This document shows positions 47,492-49,115 of a DNA stretch of 49,115 nt, one piece after another (the first letter of the stretch is position 1; every line of letters starts with the position of its first letter). The DNA is taken from IMG/VR virus record IMGVR_UViG_3300032330_000578, positions 1 through 49,115 of that record, one strand, 5' to 3'. Origin of the DNA: a virus. Its lineage: Duplodnaviria; Caudoviricetes. The position numbers were made by a program, and so were the translations under genes. A model generated the notes under the pieces. It was not told the DNA's origin. It made no database searches and saw only the letters and a program-made list of their open reading frames with translations.

Positions 47492-47850
47492 ATACTGCTC
47501 CAAGCATCGGTTCACGGGTTCGCATTCAAACTGTAAGGTTTGGTAATAAGAATCTGTATGAAGGTATCGTTGTGCCTTCAAGCCGCACATTCACGTTTGC
47601 TGTACGCACTGGCAATGAACGACATCCAGTGTCTGAGTTTGAGGCTAGTGACCCTGCTGTCATTAGCATTGAAGTGTTGAAGGGTAGCGTTGCGGGCAAA
47701 ACCAATGCGCGTGTCTTCAAGGTCAGGGTCAGAAGCACTGGCAAGACATATTATGTCTCTAGTGTTAATGGCAAGTTGCAATGTAATTGTACTGGATTTT
47801 CTTATAGGAAAACGTGCAGTCATGTAGTGAATGTGAGGAAGTTGGCATGA
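47488..47850 (+). CDS. SWIM zinc-finger protein
   Basis: YYVS...CNCTGFSYRKTCSH (CxC...CxH). Confidence 0.75.
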   Translation: MNTAPSIGSRVRIQTVRFGNKNLYEGIVVPSSRTFTFAVRTGNERHPVSEFEASDPAVISIEVLKGSVAGKTNARVFKVRVRSTGKTYYVSSVNGKLQCNCTGFSYRKTCSHVVNVRKLA

Positions 47851-48044
47851 GTCTAGTTAAGTTGGATTGTTTCACTGATAGTGAATGGACTGAATATGTA
47901 AAGGAAGTTGTACCAGTCAAGGCTGGCAAGACTTTTGATGTTTGTTCAGATTGTACAATTTGCTTTCAGCGAAAGATGCGCGAACAAGGACGATGTAACT
48001 TTCCCATGAAAAACCTGAAGAAAGTTGTTGAGTATCGTATCTGA
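47847..48044 (+). CDS. Small Cys-rich hypothetical protein
   Basis: CF...W..Y...CSDCT..FQ..M...GRC. Confidence 0.6.
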   Translation: MSLVKLDCFTDSEWTEYVKEVVPVKAGKTFDVCSDCTICFQRKMREQGRCNFPMKNLKKVVEYRI

Positions 48045-48068
48045 TTGATTTGATGACGAAAAAAAAGT

Positions 48069-48097
48069 TTTACTTTTCACGCTAACTAGGGTATCAT
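48069..48097 (+). promoter_or_regulatory. Sigma70 promoter of the RNA/tRNA operon
   Basis: Upstream A-tract; TTTACT-17 bp-TATCAT; overlapped by the inverted repeat TTTTCACG...CGTGAAAA. Confidence 0.55.
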
Positions 48098-48282
48098 TCT
48101 TATCTAACGTGAAAAACGGGATATATATAGATATCCCACCACGAGTCCAAGTTGGCTTGTGTATGCTCTTTACAAAACAGATTCTCAAAAGGTGTCCCAC
48201 TACCTGCCCCACCTACTAAAAACACTTGGGGCTGGATTGCGCACGCAGTCGGCTAAACATTCGTTTGGCTTAAACGTGGATA

Positions 48283-48363
48283 TATCTCTGATGAGCCAGT
48301 GAGACTCTGGCGAAACATATGGTTGTTGATGTATTTTTGTTATGCTCCAGCCAGTGTAAGATA
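48283..48363 (+). ncRNA. Type I hammerhead ribozyme
   Basis: Stem I TATCT/AGATA; core CTGATGA (48288-48294); stem II GCCAG/CTGGC; GAAA (48312-48315); stem III ACAT-a-TGGTTG/CAGCCA-GTGT; GUA cleavage triplet ending at 48358. Confidence 0.8.
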
Positions 48364-48364
48364 A

Positions 48365-48624
48365 CAGCAAACATGACCTTGCGGTGTAATTTTGCTGATG
48401 CCTATAGGCAAGAGGATGAATGATACATTGCTGAATGCTTAGTGCACTATGCTTTCAGGTATCAAACATAAACCGCATCATTGCGCGAGGACAGGCGCAT
48501 TATAAATGTAGACCGCAGTTCCCGATACTACAGAAAAAATCGGCAGTTATTTTCCGTGCCGCGAGGATTGCGCGCCTTACAAATTCAATCCATAGTTTGC
48601 TGGCACTATTGACAACAACCAGCA
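48365..48624 (+). ncRNA. Putative structured RNA between the ribozyme and tRNA-Asn
   Basis: Several helices and possible H-type pseudoknots; no credible ORF. Confidence 0.45.
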
Positions 48625-48631
48625 CTTATTT

Positions 48632-48706
48632 TGGCGTGTAGCACAATGGTAGTGCATCTGACTGTTAATCAGAGGGTTGCTGGTTCGAACCCAGCCATGC
48701 CAGCCA
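48632..48706 (+). tRNA. tRNA-Asn (GTT)
   Basis: Acceptor TGGCGTG/CATGCCA, anticodon loop CTGTTAA, TTCGAA T-loop and encoded CCA. Confidence 0.95.
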
Positions 48707-48717
48707 ATTACGTTCAC

Positions 48718-48966
48718 AGCAATCCCTACAACGGGTTGCTACAGTACGGGAACTGACCCGCACCTAATACGGTGGCGTTGTGGTGAGCAACGATAGCCTG
48801 AATCAACAGGGTGGACGCTTTATATGTCCACGTGCCCATGCGTAGCCTTATGCTGACCTAGGAAGCAGAGTGATTAAGGAAATACATGGGCTTTTATTTT
48901 CGCAACAGCAAGACAGGGGTCGCGCCCAGTGCCTAGTGTCAAGTGCTTGTCGGTTGATATGTTGCG
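48718..48966 (+). ncRNA. Putative structured RNA(s) between tRNA-Asn and tRNA-Leu
   Basis: Dense run of hairpins and two long-range closed domains separated by U-rich linkers. Confidence 0.45.
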
Positions 48967-48974
48967 TTTTATTT

Positions 48975-49058
48975 GCGCGAGTGGTGGAATGGTATACACG
49001 ATGGTCTTAGAAGCCATTGCCTAACAGCATGAGAGTTCGAGTCTCTCCTCGCGCACCA
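48975..49058 (+). tRNA. tRNA-Leu (TAG)
   Basis: GCGCGAG/CTCGCGC acceptor, loop CTTAGAA, long variable arm and CCA. Confidence 0.95.
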
Positions 49059-49063
49059 ATTTT

Positions 49064-49115
49064 GCTCCTGTCGTCTAGCGGTTAGGACATCACCCTTTCA
49101 CGGTGGTGACACGGG
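49064..49115 (+). tRNA. tRNA-Glu (TTC), truncated by the window end
   Basis: GCTCCTG start, GTCTAGCGGTTAGGAC D-arm and anticodon loop CTTTCAC. Confidence 0.9.

Noticed and set aside
48482-48512. SAM-II riboswitch-like GCGC...ATAAATGTAG
   Set aside because: The loop lacks the conserved UGAUUU-type SAM-binding strand and no downstream gene is positioned for regulation.
48528-48550. RNase P RNA 3' motif-like ACAGAA...CGGC
   Set aside because: No GAGGAAAGTCC partner for P4 was found upstream.
48228-48630. tmRNA (GGGGCTG start, ATAACAGCAAAC resembling a resume context, several pseudoknots)
   Set aside because: There is no GGATTCGAC-like D-loop and no matching T-arm/acceptor 3' end. The implied tag ANMTLRCNFADAYRQEDE is unlike degradation tags, and a hammerhead explains part of the region better.
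1-49115. CRISPR array, reverse transcriptase/DGR, integrase or stop-codon recoding
   Set aside because: No regularly spaced repeats, RT motifs or recombinase motifs were seen. Genes are intact under the standard code, with TAA, TAG and TGA all used as stops.

Overview
This is a fragment of a large T4-like myovirus genome from a phage of a Gram-negative host, with almost all genes on the + strand. It carries core replication genes (gp43 polymerase, uvsX, gp41 helicase, gp61 primase, thyX, class II RNR, RuvC-like nuclease). It also has an extensive sugar-nucleotide and glycosylation complement: rfbBACD, UDP-xylose synthase, GT25/GT17-like proteins, methyltransferases, and a nucleotidyltransferase-cupin-RuBisCO-like trio. 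A late block encodes probable capsid-internal proteins (one with a Dps domain) and a lysis set (GH19 endolysin, holin candidate, nested Rz/Rz1 spanins). Small early genes follow, then the start of a tRNA cluster. Three things stand out. (1) A signal-peptide/TPR/outer-membrane beta-barrel gene is followed directly by a 7-heme c-type cytochrome gene, forming a porin-cytochrome-like pair inside the late/lysis region. (2) A form IV RuBisCO-like protein sits in a sugar-nucleotide operon. (3) A type I hammerhead ribozyme and several structured RNAs lie in the tRNA operon. All assignments come from reading motifs by eye; no database searches were run.
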